Source: an uncultured virus (IMG/VR IMGVR_UViG_3300017938_000552) (lineage: Duplodnaviria; Heunggongvirae; Uroviricota; Caudoviricetes). Taken from it: a DNA stretch of 64,000 nucleotides. The stretch lies in IMG/VR virus record IMGVR_UViG_3300017938_000552. One strand, written 5' to 3'. The notes below the pieces were generated by a model. The model saw nothing but the letters and a program-made list of their open reading frames with translations. It had not been told where the DNA came from and made no database searches. The position numbers and the translations under genes were made by a program. This document shows, piece after piece, positions 28,403-38,442 of this stretch (position 1 is its first letter; every line of letters starts with the position of its first letter).

Positions 28403-29593
28403 TTAATATTCCTGTATCTGCCCATTAGCTAACTTTTCACAGTAATCTCCAAGTCCCAGCATTTCATGGTTCACCAGATTGATTATTTCATCTTCTACTA
28501 CTGTTTTGTGAACCATCAACCCATCGTGTTTTATGTATATGATTGTCGGTTCGTTTATTGGTGTTCCAATCCTGCTAACCATCCAGACATAGACGGTACT
28601 TATCTGATTTTCCTTGAAATTCTGGTATATCTTATCCGCAAGATAGAAACAGAAGTGATTATAGATTTTTCCGATGTGTGAGATTGAATTCTTACCACTT
28701 GCCGCCTCAACGCTCATGGGTCTGGACATTGAGATCAAACCAACAGGATTGTTACCTCTACCAACTTGACCAGAATCACCAGATTCGGCTGATGTTCCTG
28801 TGACGGTGAGATACAAACCATTTATTCCATTATCATATCTATCCAATGTATTGAGCCTAATTGTTGGAGTATAATCTGGATAATTCTCTCTACAGAATCT
28901 AGCTATTAATCTTGTAATCTCTTCTTTGTCCTTCCTATAAGCATACATATCTGTGATATATCTATCAATCATAGCCATTGCCACCGTGATGTCTAATTGT
29001 TTGCCGTTTCTGATAGTCATTACCTTGATGTCCTTGCCTGAGCATGGATATTGTTTCTTGAATTCTGGTGTGTTAAGATATTTCTCAAGCCCTATTGTGA
29101 GATTTTCTGTCGGTGTGAATGGTGCATACCCTACAGCCGCAGATGTGTCGTTGGCTGGTAGAAATTCACCATTTTTAGTTCGTTCAAAAATATCATTGAG
29201 ATCACCAGAGCCTTCAGCTAGGTATGAAACATATTTCGGCATAGGGAACATATCTAAATTTGTCTTAAACCAGTTCTTGATTGTTTGCTCTATAACTGGG
29301 TGGATGTCCACTTTCTTCCCATCAATAATAGATGTTGCTCTATCACCCAAACATATCGTGGCTGGTTTTATGATCTTCCCACCACCAAAGGCTGGTTGTG
29401 TTTCACCAGCAAAGAGTGTTGCCTTATCAAAGTTGTGGTGCTGTTTCCAGTTCTTGAAGTATTCTACAGAGATTGCATCAACGATACTATTTATGATTGT
29501 ATCTGGATGCCCAAAACCCTTACGTTCAACGATTTCAACGCTGTCATTTTCAACGTTTGTCACACGTACTGGCTCAATATTTATGTTGACCAT
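28403..29593 (-). CDS. mat: archaeal-type S-adenosylmethionine synthetase
   Basis: VEIVERKGFGHPDT, ANDTS, DIKVM, TGTSAESGDSGQVGRGN, GKIYN. Confidence 0.95.
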   Translation of the reverse strand: MVNINIEPVRVTNVENDSVEIVERKGFGHPDTIINSIVDAISVEYFKNWKQHHNFDKATLFAGETQPAFGGGKIIKPATICLGDRATSIIDGKKVDIHPVIEQTIKNWFKTNLDMFPMPKYVSYLAEGSGDLNDIFERTKNGEFLPANDTSAAVGYAPFTPTENLTIGLEKYLNTPEFKKQYPCSGKDIKVMTIRNGKQLDITVAMAMIDRYITDMYAYRKDKEEITRLIARFCRENYPDYTPTIRLNTLDRYDNGINGLYLTVTGTSAESGDSGQVGRGNNPVGLISMSRPMSVEAASGKNSISHIGKIYNHFCFYLADKIYQNFKENQISTVYVWMVSRIGTPINEPTIIYIKHDGLMVHKTVVEDEIINLVNHEMLGLGDYCEKLANGQIQEY

Positions 29594-29648
29594 ATCGTAT
29601 ATGTATATAGATAATAAATATAAATGTTTGTATGTCTATGAGGAATAA

Positions 29649-29987
29649 TTATATTAGTGTGTCTACATATCTCTGTATCATCTTTGTATACACCAACATC
29701 CTTCTATCATGTCTGGTCTTACCTGTCTTGTAATGTTGAAGATAGTGGGCAAATTCATGGGAAACATCACCAGCAATTATTTGCCTATACTTGACATATT
29801 GTATCGTGTTAGGATACACGAATTTACAGAACCTCCTATTTTGTATTTTTATGTTTGGTATAGGGACATGAAATCTCCAACACATAAAATAAGTTAATCC
29901 GATTGCCTCTATTTGAGTTATGGGCTGATCATACTTTGTGTTAGAAAGTTTATCTCTTTCAGTCCTGTAGTATACAAGACGAGTCAA
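29649..29987 (-). CDS. small zincin-like (HExxH) protein
   Basis: HEFAH followed by a downstream His. Confidence 0.6.
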   Translation of the reverse strand: MTRLVYYRTERDKLSNTKYDQPITQIEAIGLTYFMCWRFHVPIPNIKIQNRRFCKFVYPNTIQYVKYRQIIAGDVSHEFAHYLQHYKTGKTRHDRRMLVYTKMIQRYVDTLI

Positions 29988-30204
29988 AGTTTGTCACTCT
30001 TGTAGGAACACCTGATACAAACATTATCGAATGTATATCCATCAAAGAACCTACAAAGGTTACAGGTCTTTCCTATTAGAACCTGCGTACCTAATTTCGG
30101 GCACTCAACCAATGGTATCCGAATAACTTCCAGAGATTCAAATTTTGGCTTTGGCATGTGTACCATACACATAGATACATATCTCTTATATAAATCTTCC
30201 GAAC

Positions 30205-31164
30205 CTAAGAATCTTGTATAATGGCTTTTATATATCCAATTCCGAAATAAAAGCCAAGAATGATAGCAACTCTTAGTACTGTATAATTGTGATGGTTCTT
30301 TAAATCTACACTCATAATTGTAAAAATTAAGCCCCAGCTTCCAAAGAAAGCACCAATACAATCAATCAGTGGTCTTGTTCCAATAAAATACGGTATGAAG
30401 AAAAACACAGGACTTAGAAGAATTAATAATGATGGCAGAGAACGGGATGGAAGATAGAAATGTTTTACCCTCAACATCCTACCCCAACTCCAACCATAGC
30501 CAAAAATTTGCTTTTGGAATTGTTTTATTGTCTTTCTTTCGTGATGTATTACTGGTGAGTTTGGGACACCTAATAATCTATATCCTCTCTTACGTAGTCT
30601 ATAATTCATCTCATAGTCTTCTGCACCACCAATATCCTCATTAAATCCATCAACATCTGCTATTGCTTTTGTTCTATATACACTGTTATATCCGGGTAGG
30701 CTATTGACATATGTGAAATCATCATATTTTTGCGAGTGATTAGAAGCAAGTTTCATTACAGAATTTATTGCTTGTGAAAGTTCTGAGGAAGCGTCTGGTA
30801 CACAACCAGAAGATATTCCTGCAATTGGCATTTCACCAAAATTGTTTAGATCAGAAAACATCTCTTCCATATCATCTGCCCAAGTGTGTGGAACTTCCGT
30901 ATCGCTGTCTAGGAAGGCAACAAGATCGGATGTAACGTGCATGAGTCCTTGATTACAGGCAACTGCACGTTTACTTCCCTTTCCAAGAGACTTGGGTTCA
31001 TCATAGATTTCACAGCCATATTTTTTGGCAATTTCCAGAGTTTTATCAGTTGAACAACCATCAACAATTATGATCCTGACAGGAATGGTTTGTTGTCTCA
31101 GTGATTTGAGACAGACTTCAAGTGTTCCTTCAGAATTTTTTGTGGGTATAATTACATCAATCAT
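30205..31164 (-). CDS. GT2 glycosyltransferase with C-terminal TM helices
   Basis: VIIPTKN, VDGCSTD, FLDSD, AEDYE. Confidence 0.92.
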   Translation of the reverse strand: MIDVIIPTKNSEGTLEVCLKSLRQQTIPVRIIIVDGCSTDKTLEIAKKYGCEIYDEPKSLGKGSKRAVACNQGLMHVTSDLVAFLDSDTEVPHTWADDMEEMFSDLNNFGEMPIAGISSGCVPDASSELSQAINSVMKLASNHSQKYDDFTYVNSLPGYNSVYRTKAIADVDGFNEDIGGAEDYEMNYRLRKRGYRLLGVPNSPVIHHERKTIKQFQKQIFGYGWSWGRMLRVKHFYLPSRSLPSLLILLSPVFFFIPYFIGTRPLIDCIGAFFGSWGLIFTIMSVDLKNHHNYTVLRVAIILGFYFGIGYIKAIIQDS

Positions 31165-31314
31165 TTTAATCAGTCACATCTGGTGTTATCATAAAAGCCG
31201 CACAACCAAAGCCAAAAGAAATTTGTACTATAATAACCGAATTAACTAATATACCAGCCATAACACCAATTGCTGAAATAATAGTTGTTTTAATTATCCA
31301 TTGATACCATTTCA

Positions 31315-31662
31315 TCACAAATACACCAACAACTTTGGTATGAATATTATACATCCCACGAAGAATGTAAATATTGTGAATAGTAAAACAGCACCAGAAC
31401 TAATATCCTTAATAATTTTTATTTGTGGATTGGGATTTGGATCAATCATGTTGCATATTGCTTCTACGCAAGTATTCATCATTTCTAGTGCCATTAACAT
31501 AGATGAACATATAAGAACAGCTATCCATTCCATTGGAGATGCACCAAACATAAAACACATAATAAATGTAATGGTTGTAAACGTAAGCAATAATAGTAGT
31601 TTGCTATTCACCAATGCTAACAATATTCCGTTTAATCCGTATTTGAACATACAATACTCCAC
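31315..31662 (-). CDS. dgkA: DgkA-family diacylglycerol/polyprenol kinase
   Basis: EMMNTCVE, KDISSGAVL, three TM helices. Confidence 0.85.
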   Translation of the reverse strand: MEYCMFKYGLNGILLALVNSKLLLLLTFTTITFIMCFMFGASPMEWIAVLICSSMLMALEMMNTCVEAICNMIDPNPNPQIKIIKDISSGAVLLFTIFTFFVGCIIFIPKLLVYL

Positions 31663-32045
31663 CAGTTTTTAAGTCTATATATTAAAGACAGAGACATAAC
31701 ACCATTATAATGATTAAATATTATATCCAAAAAAATATGTATGAAATATCCAGCACCAAAATAAACAATATATTGATTATGAATAAAAAACATCAAACCA
31801 ATAACAATTAACATAAATTCATAACTATGAAGAGGCAATATATAATGTGGTCTATCTGCAAGACCATCTGAGAGTTCTCTAAGTGAATATGTTGGTTTCC
31901 TATACCTGAGATAATAATCGAAACAATGATCAAAATCTATCAACACACCACCAATAAAGAATGGAATTAAAAGATATAGATTATCCTTCGGTGCAAAGAA
32001 TAGGAAAATTGCTATTATGATTATTGCATGGTGTGAGAAGTACAA
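31632..32045 (-). CDS. membrane-bound metal-dependent hydrolase (YdjM-like)
   Basis: H, DxDH, LHS, HxxLD motifs within TM helices. Confidence 0.65.
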   Translation of the reverse strand: MYFSHHAIIIIAIFLFFAPKDNLYLLIPFFIGGVLIDFDHCFDYYLRYRKPTYSLRELSDGLADRPHYILPLHSYEFMLIVIGLMFFIHNQYIVYFGAGYFIHIFLDIIFNHYNGVMSLSLIYRLKNWWSIVCSNTD

Positions 32046-32050
32046 ATAAG

Positions 32051-32914
32051 TTATACACCCTTCATAATTTCCATAGTTAGTGTAATGCCCATTTCCAAAT
32101 CGTGAAGTGGCACAAACCCAAGTTTCACAATTTTATCTATATTGTACCAAGACCTTTTTAGATCAAAAGCAGACATCTCATATGGAACAAAAACTATTTT
32201 AGCATCCGTTTGTCTGGATATAATTTCTGCAACATCAAGCACACTTGACTCAACACCTGTACCAATATTGTATGTTTCACCACGTATGCCATCTTCTAAC
32301 ACAAGTTGAAGCCCATCAAGGGCATCATCTATGTAGATCATATCCCTTGTTTGCTTACCATCACCATAAACTGTGAGAGGTTCACCTTTTAATGCCTTGT
32401 TGATGAAAATGTTTACTGGTCCCTCAGTTCTATTCGGTCCATAGACACTACTGAAACGGATAATCCTTGCATTTACATTCTTCGTAATAACCCATTTTCT
32501 TAGGTATTGTTCTGCGGCATACTTGGATATTCCATAGTTGCTGACAGGTATACACATTGAATATTCTGAGTGTGGTACATTTGAAAGTCCATAAACAGCA
32601 CCAGAAGAGGTGTAGACCATCGGAATATCTGTACCTTCCAAACATTTTAGAAGGTTGATCATCCCAAACTCGTTTATCTTTATGTCCATTTCTGGATTTT
32701 GTTCTCCGGGTTTGAGAAAGGCTTGGGCACAAATATGATAGACCTGATCTGGATCAAATTTATAAAAAACATCCATCAACCTATCACCATCTGTGATGTC
32801 ATATCTTTCATCGTGTTTTATGTCGTAATTAAAGACATCGTGACCTTGGCTCTTTAGTCTTTCGACTAGAGCATTTCCTACAAATCCAGAACCGCCTGTT
32901 ACAAGTATTCTCAA
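32051..32914 (-). CDS. NAD-dependent nucleotide-sugar epimerase/dehydratase
   Basis: VTGGSGFVG, SSGAVYG, YGISK, RDMIY; TTG start overlapping upstream stop. Confidence 0.92.
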   Translation of the reverse strand: MRILVTGGSGFVGNALVERLKSQGHDVFNYDIKHDERYDITDGDRLMDVFYKFDPDQVYHICAQAFLKPGEQNPEMDIKINEFGMINLLKCLEGTDIPMVYTSSGAVYGLSNVPHSEYSMCIPVSNYGISKYAAEQYLRKWVITKNVNARIIRFSSVYGPNRTEGPVNIFINKALKGEPLTVYGDGKQTRDMIYIDDALDGLQLVLEDGIRGETYNIGTGVESSVLDVAEIISRQTDAKIVFVPYEMSAFDLKRSWYNIDKIVKLGFVPLHDLEMGITLTMEIMKGV

Positions 32915-33711
32915 TATATTTTCATCCTCACTTTTAATGCAACTTCCTCTGCCACAGGACAGGAACATGCATACTTTTTATAATATTTGTTTTGGTAAAC
33001 CGTCTTTGGATAGTAACCATCCTTTGGACTGAGCATACCCAATTCAGATTCGATAGCTATTTTGTGTAAACGCAAGTTTGTCAGACCTATGAAGGCACAT
33101 AACCTTGGCATCTTGTAGTTGTAGCCTTCCATGACTTTTTCACCGTTCTCATCGAATCCATGATTGCGAATCATTCTAGCTTTTTTATCTATGTCAGGAT
33201 CGTCTGTAACCAAAGCACCACCCTCAAATGTCCACAGGTTTTTTGAGGCATAAAAACTGAATGTGCCAACATCACCAATTGAACCTGCCCTTCTACCATC
33301 CTTGACTTTTGCACCAAAGGCTTGAGAGGCATCTTCAATGAACTTCACGGCTGAGTTGTCACAAATCTTCCTGATTTCGAGAAGGTTTTCTGTATTACCA
33401 AAGAGATCGACATTGAGAATCGTGCTAATACGATTGTTTTCTTCCAGCTTTTTCTGTACAAGTTCTGGATCAAGACATAGAGTTTTTCTATCTATATCAA
33501 CGAATATAGGCTTTCTACCTATCTGAAGAATTGGGTCAACGGTTGCTATGAATGTAAAGGGTGTGGTTATTACATCTGCCCAAGTGTCAGATGCAATTAA
33601 AGCAGTATGAATGGCAGATGTTCCATTTGAAACAGCAACGACATATTTAGTACCAATATATTTGGCAATCTCTTCCTCAAATAGCTTGATAACGTCATCA
33701 AACTCGTTCAA
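32911..33711 (-). CDS. DegT/DnrJ/WbpE-family sugar aminotransferase, shortened
   Basis: SNGTSA, TFIAT, IEDASQ, SFYASKN, EGG, GYNYKM. Confidence 0.9.
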   Translation of the reverse strand: MNEFDDVIKLFEEEIAKYIGTKYVVAVSNGTSAIHTALIASDTWADVITTPFTFIATVDPILQIGRKPIFVDIDRKTLCLDPELVQKKLEENNRISTILNVDLFGNTENLLEIRKICDNSAVKFIEDASQAFGAKVKDGRRAGSIGDVGTFSFYASKNLWTFEGGALVTDDPDIDKKARMIRNHGFDENGEKVMEGYNYKMPRLCAFIGLTNLRLHKIAIESELGMLSPKDGYYPKTVYQNKYYKKYACSCPVAEEVALKVRMKIY

Positions 33712-34148
33712 TGTGATTCCTCATATATTTTCTTTTTAGCAAAGTATTTATTAATATCATATTTATATTTTGCTGGATTTCCAAAGTAAACCCCCTTATT
33801 ATAGAGGGATTTTGTGACAACAGCAGACCCACCAACAACAATTCCACTGGAAACTCTTATACCCGGAAATATTGTGCAACTACCGCCAAGTACAACATCA
33901 TCTTCAATTGTTGGGGGTAAATTCTTACTACTTGGTGGATATTTGTCATTTAAGAATGTAACGTTTGGACCGATAAAAACCCTGTTACCAATTTTAGTTC
34001 CGTTTGGTATTGATACTCTACATTGAATGTTGCAATCTTCACCAATCTCAACATCTGTACCGATGTCACAAAAAGCACCGATTTTTGTTCCCTTTCCTAT
34101 AGATTTTGCCCTATTCACCGTTGGCTCATAGATAATAGGATCAGACAT
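33708..34148 (-). CDS. hexapeptide-repeat N-acetyltransferase (WbpD-like)
   Basis: IG repeats, VFIGPNVTFLND, VVTKS, GNPAK. Confidence 0.9.
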   Translation of the reverse strand: MSDPIIYEPTVNRAKSIGKGTKIGAFCDIGTDVEIGEDCNIQCRVSIPNGTKIGNRVFIGPNVTFLNDKYPPSSKNLPPTIEDDVVLGGSCTIFPGIRVSSGIVVGGSAVVTKSLYNKGVYFGNPAKYKYDINKYFAKKKIYEESH

Positions 34149-34178
34149 TGATTTACACCAATATTACGTTGTGGTTGA

Positions 34179-34194
34179 TTTATAAATGTTATGG
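34179..34194 (-). promoter_or_regulatory. class B promoter
   Basis: CCATAACATTTATAAA above ATG 34148. Confidence 0.7.
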
Positions 34195-34196
34195 AC

Positions 34197-34213
34197 ACCG
34201 AAACACTTATAAA
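34197..34213 (+). promoter_or_regulatory. class A promoter, back-to-back with class B
   Basis: ACCGAAACACTTATAAA. Confidence 0.7.
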
Positions 34214-34274
34214 CTCTCCTAAAAACAGTTCTGTGGGAATCCCCGTCTAAACGGAATCCTAAAGGTAAAACAAA

Positions 34275-34613
34275 ATGTCAAATAACGATTTTGATTTTCC
34301 ATATTTCTCTGAAATTATGGATAATGAAGAAACAAAGGTATATGATGAGGTTTGCAAGTTGCCAACACTCAAACTTTTTGAAGAGTTTGACAAGACTATG
34401 GAAAATAGTGAGAACATCAAAAACAGAACTAGATATGATGTTATCAGAGGTGTGATAGCTGATAGGTTGGGACTTTTCCACAGGGATGTTGCTGGTCCTG
34501 CCATTGCTGGTGAAATAGCTGAGGCTAATGATAAAATAGAAGAGTTAGATCGTAAGTTCAAAAACCACAGACATGATACATCCAAGTCCTATTCAGGCAA
34601 ATCAGAGTGGTGA
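34275..34613 (+). CDS. hypothetical protein
   Basis: Own promoter and AGGT RBS. Confidence 0.6.
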   Translation: MSNNDFDFPYFSEIMDNEETKVYDEVCKLPTLKLFEEFDKTMENSENIKNRTRYDVIRGVIADRLGLFHRDVAGPAIAGEIAEANDKIEELDRKFKNHRHDTSKSYSGKSEW

Positions 34614-34784
34614 CGGTTGGAAAAAACAGCACTTTACTGGATTGATAAAGCCATAAAAATAATCCTGTTCGTTCCAATTTTTATTATTTTACTTTTTGCT
34701 GATTATATGTTCTATCCAAATCAACAGCGATATGATGTGGTTGAGGTATTGAAAGAGTGGTGGAATCAGACACCACAGTGATAA

Positions 34785-35375
34785 TCACCACCTGTGCATT
34801 ATTGATACATTTACACTTCTCTGATGCTCAAAAACGTTTTTGCCAACAAATCCATTAGCTATGAATTTATCAACAAGATACCCAGTATGAACCTCTATCA
34901 CACATGGTGTGTGGTAATTTTTGAGTATGTCACCATCAAGTAAACCGCCCTCATAACCTTCTATGTCCATCTCCATAAAATGGTGGGGTATTGAGAGCAT
35001 ATCAACTGAAAATGGTTTGCCTATAACGATGATGGGGTGAGTTTGGGCATTTTCTTTGAGGTATTTTAATGCAACAGGTTCCATTTCGACAGCTATTACC
35101 TGTTTAGCACCAAGTTCTTCTATATAGAATTTGGAAGTTTCTCCACACCCTGCACCAACATTTAGAACAGTTTTGCCAACTAGGGAAAATGGAGGTTTAT
35201 AAAGTTTTCTCCATACAGGAAGTTCCCTATAATATAAATTCTCGAATTCTGGTGAAAAAGACCAGCCTTTCAAACTAGACCTGCGGAACAACATCTTCCA
35301 AGGTATGGGTTGCCCATATGCAGTAAGATGAAGGGGCAATCCTGTATATTTAATTCCTAATTTATTTGTTTTCAT
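34785..35375 (-). CDS. SAM-dependent methyltransferase (FkbM-like)
   Basis: VLNVGAGCG, VIAVE, MDIEGYE. Confidence 0.8.
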   Translation of the reverse strand: MKTNKLGIKYTGLPLHLTAYGQPIPWKMLFRRSSLKGWSFSPEFENLYYRELPVWRKLYKPPFSLVGKTVLNVGAGCGETSKFYIEELGAKQVIAVEMEPVALKYLKENAQTHPIIVIGKPFSVDMLSIPHHFMEMDIEGYEGGLLDGDILKNYHTPCVIEVHTGYLVDKFIANGFVGKNVFEHQRSVNVSIMHRW

Positions 35376-35384
35376 TTATTTTAC

Positions 35385-35438
35385 TTCCGCTTTCCGCTTT
35401 AATTTCCGCTTTACGCTTCCGGTTCCGAGTTCACGCTT
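35385..35438. repeat. TTCCG/CGCTT microrepeat tract
   Basis: Five TTCCG and five CGCTT in 54 bp; ACGCTTCC also occurs twice in tandem at 16471-16486. Confidence 0.6.
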
Positions 35439-35489
35439 GGTTGGTTCCAATCAACTAGCATTTTTATGTAGTATATATAAATAGAAGTG

Positions 35490-35505
35490 TTTATAAATGT
35501 TATTC
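35490..35505 (-). promoter_or_regulatory. class B promoter
   Basis: GAATAACATTTATAAA. Confidence 0.55.
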
Positions 35506-36201
35506 TTTTTTACAGACAATTACTTTGTCATAACAGAATTCGGTTAAGAACCTATTTTTATATGTCTTGTTTTCTACCTTATTATATAGGGATGTACTCA
35601 CTTTTATTATATTATCAGGTCTTGAATTTTTTCCGAATATGGCTTTGTAAAATATAGAAAGTAGTCTAGGTATAAAATTTAGGTTATATCCATATAATTG
35701 TTCTATTTTGAATTTATTTAGCATACTTTTAGCTTGTGTGTTTGTATAATAGTGTGTTTTTTGGTTATATTCTGAATATTGTGATTGTAAGTTATTGGTA
35801 TAAGTATTGATTTTTAATAAATTTTCAAGGTCTATCAATAGTCTGTAGGCAGATAATGATGATTGAAAACTAATCACCAAAAATGAGCCTTTTTTTAAGA
35901 CTCTGTAAAATTCATCAATCGCTTTTTGATCTTTTTCAACATATCCAATAACCAAAATACAGAAAACAAAATCAAATGTATTGTCTCTAAATGGCAAATT
36001 TTCTATAGAAGACTGTATAAAAGGTATATTTTCAATATCTTTTGGCACTAAAACATCAACTGGAATAACGGAATAACCCATATTCATCAGATATTTTGTA
36101 TATTTTAAATCACCAGCACCAGCATCCAGAATAATATCTGAAGATTTTGCTAATTCTAACAGTTTCTTTAATGATGGATTTCCTATAATATTAATCAACA
36201 C
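35500..36201 (-). CDS. class I SAM-dependent methyltransferase
   Basis: ILDAGAG, LPFRDNTFD, EFYRVLKKG. Confidence 0.9.
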   Translation of the reverse strand: MLINIIGNPSLKKLLELAKSSDIILDAGAGDLKYTKYLMNMGYSVIPVDVLVPKDIENIPFIQSSIENLPFRDNTFDFVFCILVIGYVEKDQKAIDEFYRVLKKGSFLVISFQSSLSAYRLLIDLENLLKINTYTNNLQSQYSEYNQKTHYYTNTQAKSMLNKFKIEQLYGYNLNFIPRLLSIFYKAIFGKNSRPDNIIKVSTSLYNKVENKTYKNRFLTEFCYDKVIVCKKE

Positions 36202-36833
36202 CTTAATTTATTTACTTTCCATGCAATAATAGTTCTTAATATACTTTTATTGTGTGGTTTAAAAAAGTTTATAATGGTCATAACACTAGATACAATCATA
36301 TACTCTAAACCACTCCAATAAATCCTGTTTATTATCTTTGTATTAAAACCAAGTTTCTTAAAGTCTGTATCATACCATATAGATTTGTGATAATCAATAA
36401 CATCATCACCCACTCTCGATAATGTATTACCATATGGACATACAAATATAACAAGTTTGGCTTTATCTCTAAGATATTCAATCATTTTTAATACTTTTTC
36501 TTTATCCTCAATATGTTCTATAACTTCTGTACATATTATAATATCTAAATCTTTTATGATATTCTCTGGATATGGTATATTTATGGCATCATATAGATAT
36601 ACCTCTCTGATAAATGGCATCCACTTTTTTGCAAAATCTACATTGATTGGGTCTACATCTATACCAACAATATATGGTTCTCCACTAATTTTCTGGTTTC
36701 GATTTGCAAAAGACACTATTGTATGTGAAATCTGCCCACAACCAAAGCCAATATCCAGAATACGTGCCCCCTGAATATTTGCTGGTAATAAGTCAAGAAT
36801 CGAATCTATATCGTGAAATGTACCATGTGCCAT
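36195..36833 (-). CDS. class I SAM-dependent methyltransferase
   Basis: ILDIGFGCG, GID, EVIEH. Confidence 0.88.
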   Translation of the reverse strand: MAHGTFHDIDSILDLLPANIQGARILDIGFGCGQISHTIVSFANRNQKISGEPYIVGIDVDPINVDFAKKWMPFIREVYLYDAINIPYPENIIKDLDIIICTEVIEHIEDKEKVLKMIEYLRDKAKLVIFVCPYGNTLSRVGDDVIDYHKSIWYDTDFKKLGFNTKIINRIYWSGLEYMIVSSVMTIINFFKPHNKSILRTIIAWKVNKLRC

Positions 36834-36838
36834 TTACA

Positions 36839-37354
36839 TCATCCACTTGATTGCTGTTTTTCCTTACTTTTTTCTTTTGTTTCATAAATGAAATCAATAT
36901 ATGTACTAATTCTATATGGTCTATCAATGTGCCAAATTGGTAGTTCACCCTCTTTTAATATTGGTTTGTGTCCTTCATAATAATCTACATCATAGTGCCA
37001 AGTATCCATACTCTGAGTTAATGGTGGTTCCCATAGCCTTTTTCTATCTGGTCCACGCTTACCGATGTGAATGTGCCTTCTAACATCTTTTTCGTGTTCC
37101 CTCAGATATATCACAGATCGTGGTTTGACTTTAGACACATCATCACGTATTCCGAACACAGTTTCCACACCAAGCATCTGATTGAGTTTAGATACAGTCT
37201 CAACATATTTATCCGTTTCGGTATAAACTTCCTCAACATACTTTGGTCTTAAATGAAGTACCCTACATACAGAATAAACAATGAGTTTTATGCCCCTTTG
37301 CATAGCATATATGTAGTCCAAGTCTGGATTGTCCCAATCGAATAGAACTTTCAT
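36839..37354 (-). CDS. hypothetical protein, possibly polysaccharide deacetylase-like
   Basis: VLFDWD start and His motifs; located in the glycan cluster. Confidence 0.4.
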   Translation of the reverse strand: MKVLFDWDNPDLDYIYAMQRGIKLIVYSVCRVLHLRPKYVEEVYTETDKYVETVSKLNQMLGVETVFGIRDDVSKVKPRSVIYLREHEKDVRRHIHIGKRGPDRKRLWEPPLTQSMDTWHYDVDYYEGHKPILKEGELPIWHIDRPYRISTYIDFIYETKEKSKEKQQSSG

Positions 37355-38442
37355 ACTACATTCATCCTTAAAAGTTCATTAATAATTCTTTTTGAAGCAT
37401 CACGAATTATCAAACCTGAGAATTTCTGAAATACACTTTTTTGTGCTATATGAATACCATCTATGATCTTTTGTGGATCGGAACCAACAAGACGATTTGC
37501 ACCCGCTTTTATTGTCCATTCCCATTCAGTATTCTCTCTCAAAGTTACACATGGAGTACCTAACCAAAATGCTTCCTTCTGCAAACCACCAGAATCTGTG
37601 ATCACCACACTAGCATCTTGAACGAGACTTAACATTTCAAAGTATGGTAATGGGTCTACTATATTAATGTTTTGTAAATTAATACCCAAAAGTTCCAAAT
37701 TTTTCCTAGTGTGTGGGTGACAGGGGAAAATAACATTCATATGTGATTCTATGATGGAATTAATTATTGATTTTAATTTATCTAAATCATCAACATTAGA
37801 TTCTCTATGCAGAGTTAAAACACAATACGTTTTTTCAACAAGACCAAAAAACATTCTTGCTGTTCTTGCTTGATCAATATCTAATTTATGTTGAATTATA
37901 CTTTCATACATAGTATCACCTGCAAGTTCTATTTTATCACTTGATATTCCTTCATTTAAGAGATTGGTGATACAATCTGTTGAAACAGCACATAACATAG
38001 ATGATATATGATCTACAATACGTCTATTAACTTCTTCGGGCATAGTCATATCTCCACTTCTAGCACCCGACTCAACATGAACAACGGGAATAGACATCTT
38101 TACTGCTGATAAAGCACCTGCTAATGTCGAGTTTGTATCACCCGGAACAAGAACAATATCGGGTTTCAAACTATTATATGCATCTTCCAAACCACACATC
38201 ATTTTCGTTATTTGCTGTACAGGTGAACACGAACCAACACCCAAGTTTACAACAGGATCAGGAAGGGATAATTCGTTGAAAAATTCCTTTGACATTTCAT
38301 AATCGTAGTGTTGTCCAGTATGTACTATAAACATCTCAATTTCTTTATGCTTTCCAGCTTCGTTTATTATGGGTGCAGACTTGATTATCTGTGGTCTGGT
38401 TCCTATGACCAGAGCAATTTTTAATTTTTTCATTTCAACCAT
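37351..38442 (-). CDS. wecB: UDP-N-acetylglucosamine 2-epimerase (non-hydrolysing)
   Basis: GTRPQ, HTGQHYD, GDTNS, HVESG, PEE.NR, TDSGGLQKEA. Confidence 0.95.
   Translation of the reverse strand: MVEMKKLKIALVIGTRPQIIKSAPIINEAGKHKEIEMFIVHTGQHYDYEMSKEFFNELSLPDPVVNLGVGSCSPVQQITKMMCGLEDAYNSLKPDIVLVPGDTNSTLAGALSAVKMSIPVVHVESGARSGDMTMPEEVNRRIVDHISSMLCAVSTDCITNLLNEGISSDKIELAGDTMYESIIQHKLDIDQARTARMFFGLVEKTYCVLTLHRESNVDDLDKLKSIINSIIESHMNVIFPCHPHTRKNLELLGINLQNINIVDPLPYFEMLSLVQDASVVITDSGGLQKEAFWLGTPCVTLRENTEWEWTIKAGANRLVGSDPQKIIDGIHIAQKSVFQKFSGLIIRDASKRIINELLRMNVV

Noticed and set aside
28953..29648. 231-aa plus-strand ORF and similar antisense ORFs (e.g. 20276..20719, 22277..22825)
   Set aside because: Shadow frames opposite well-supported genes, with no recognisable motifs
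35385..35438. Borg-type perfect tandem repeats
   Set aside because: Units are short, imperfect and isolated; no long perfect tandem arrays seen in the window
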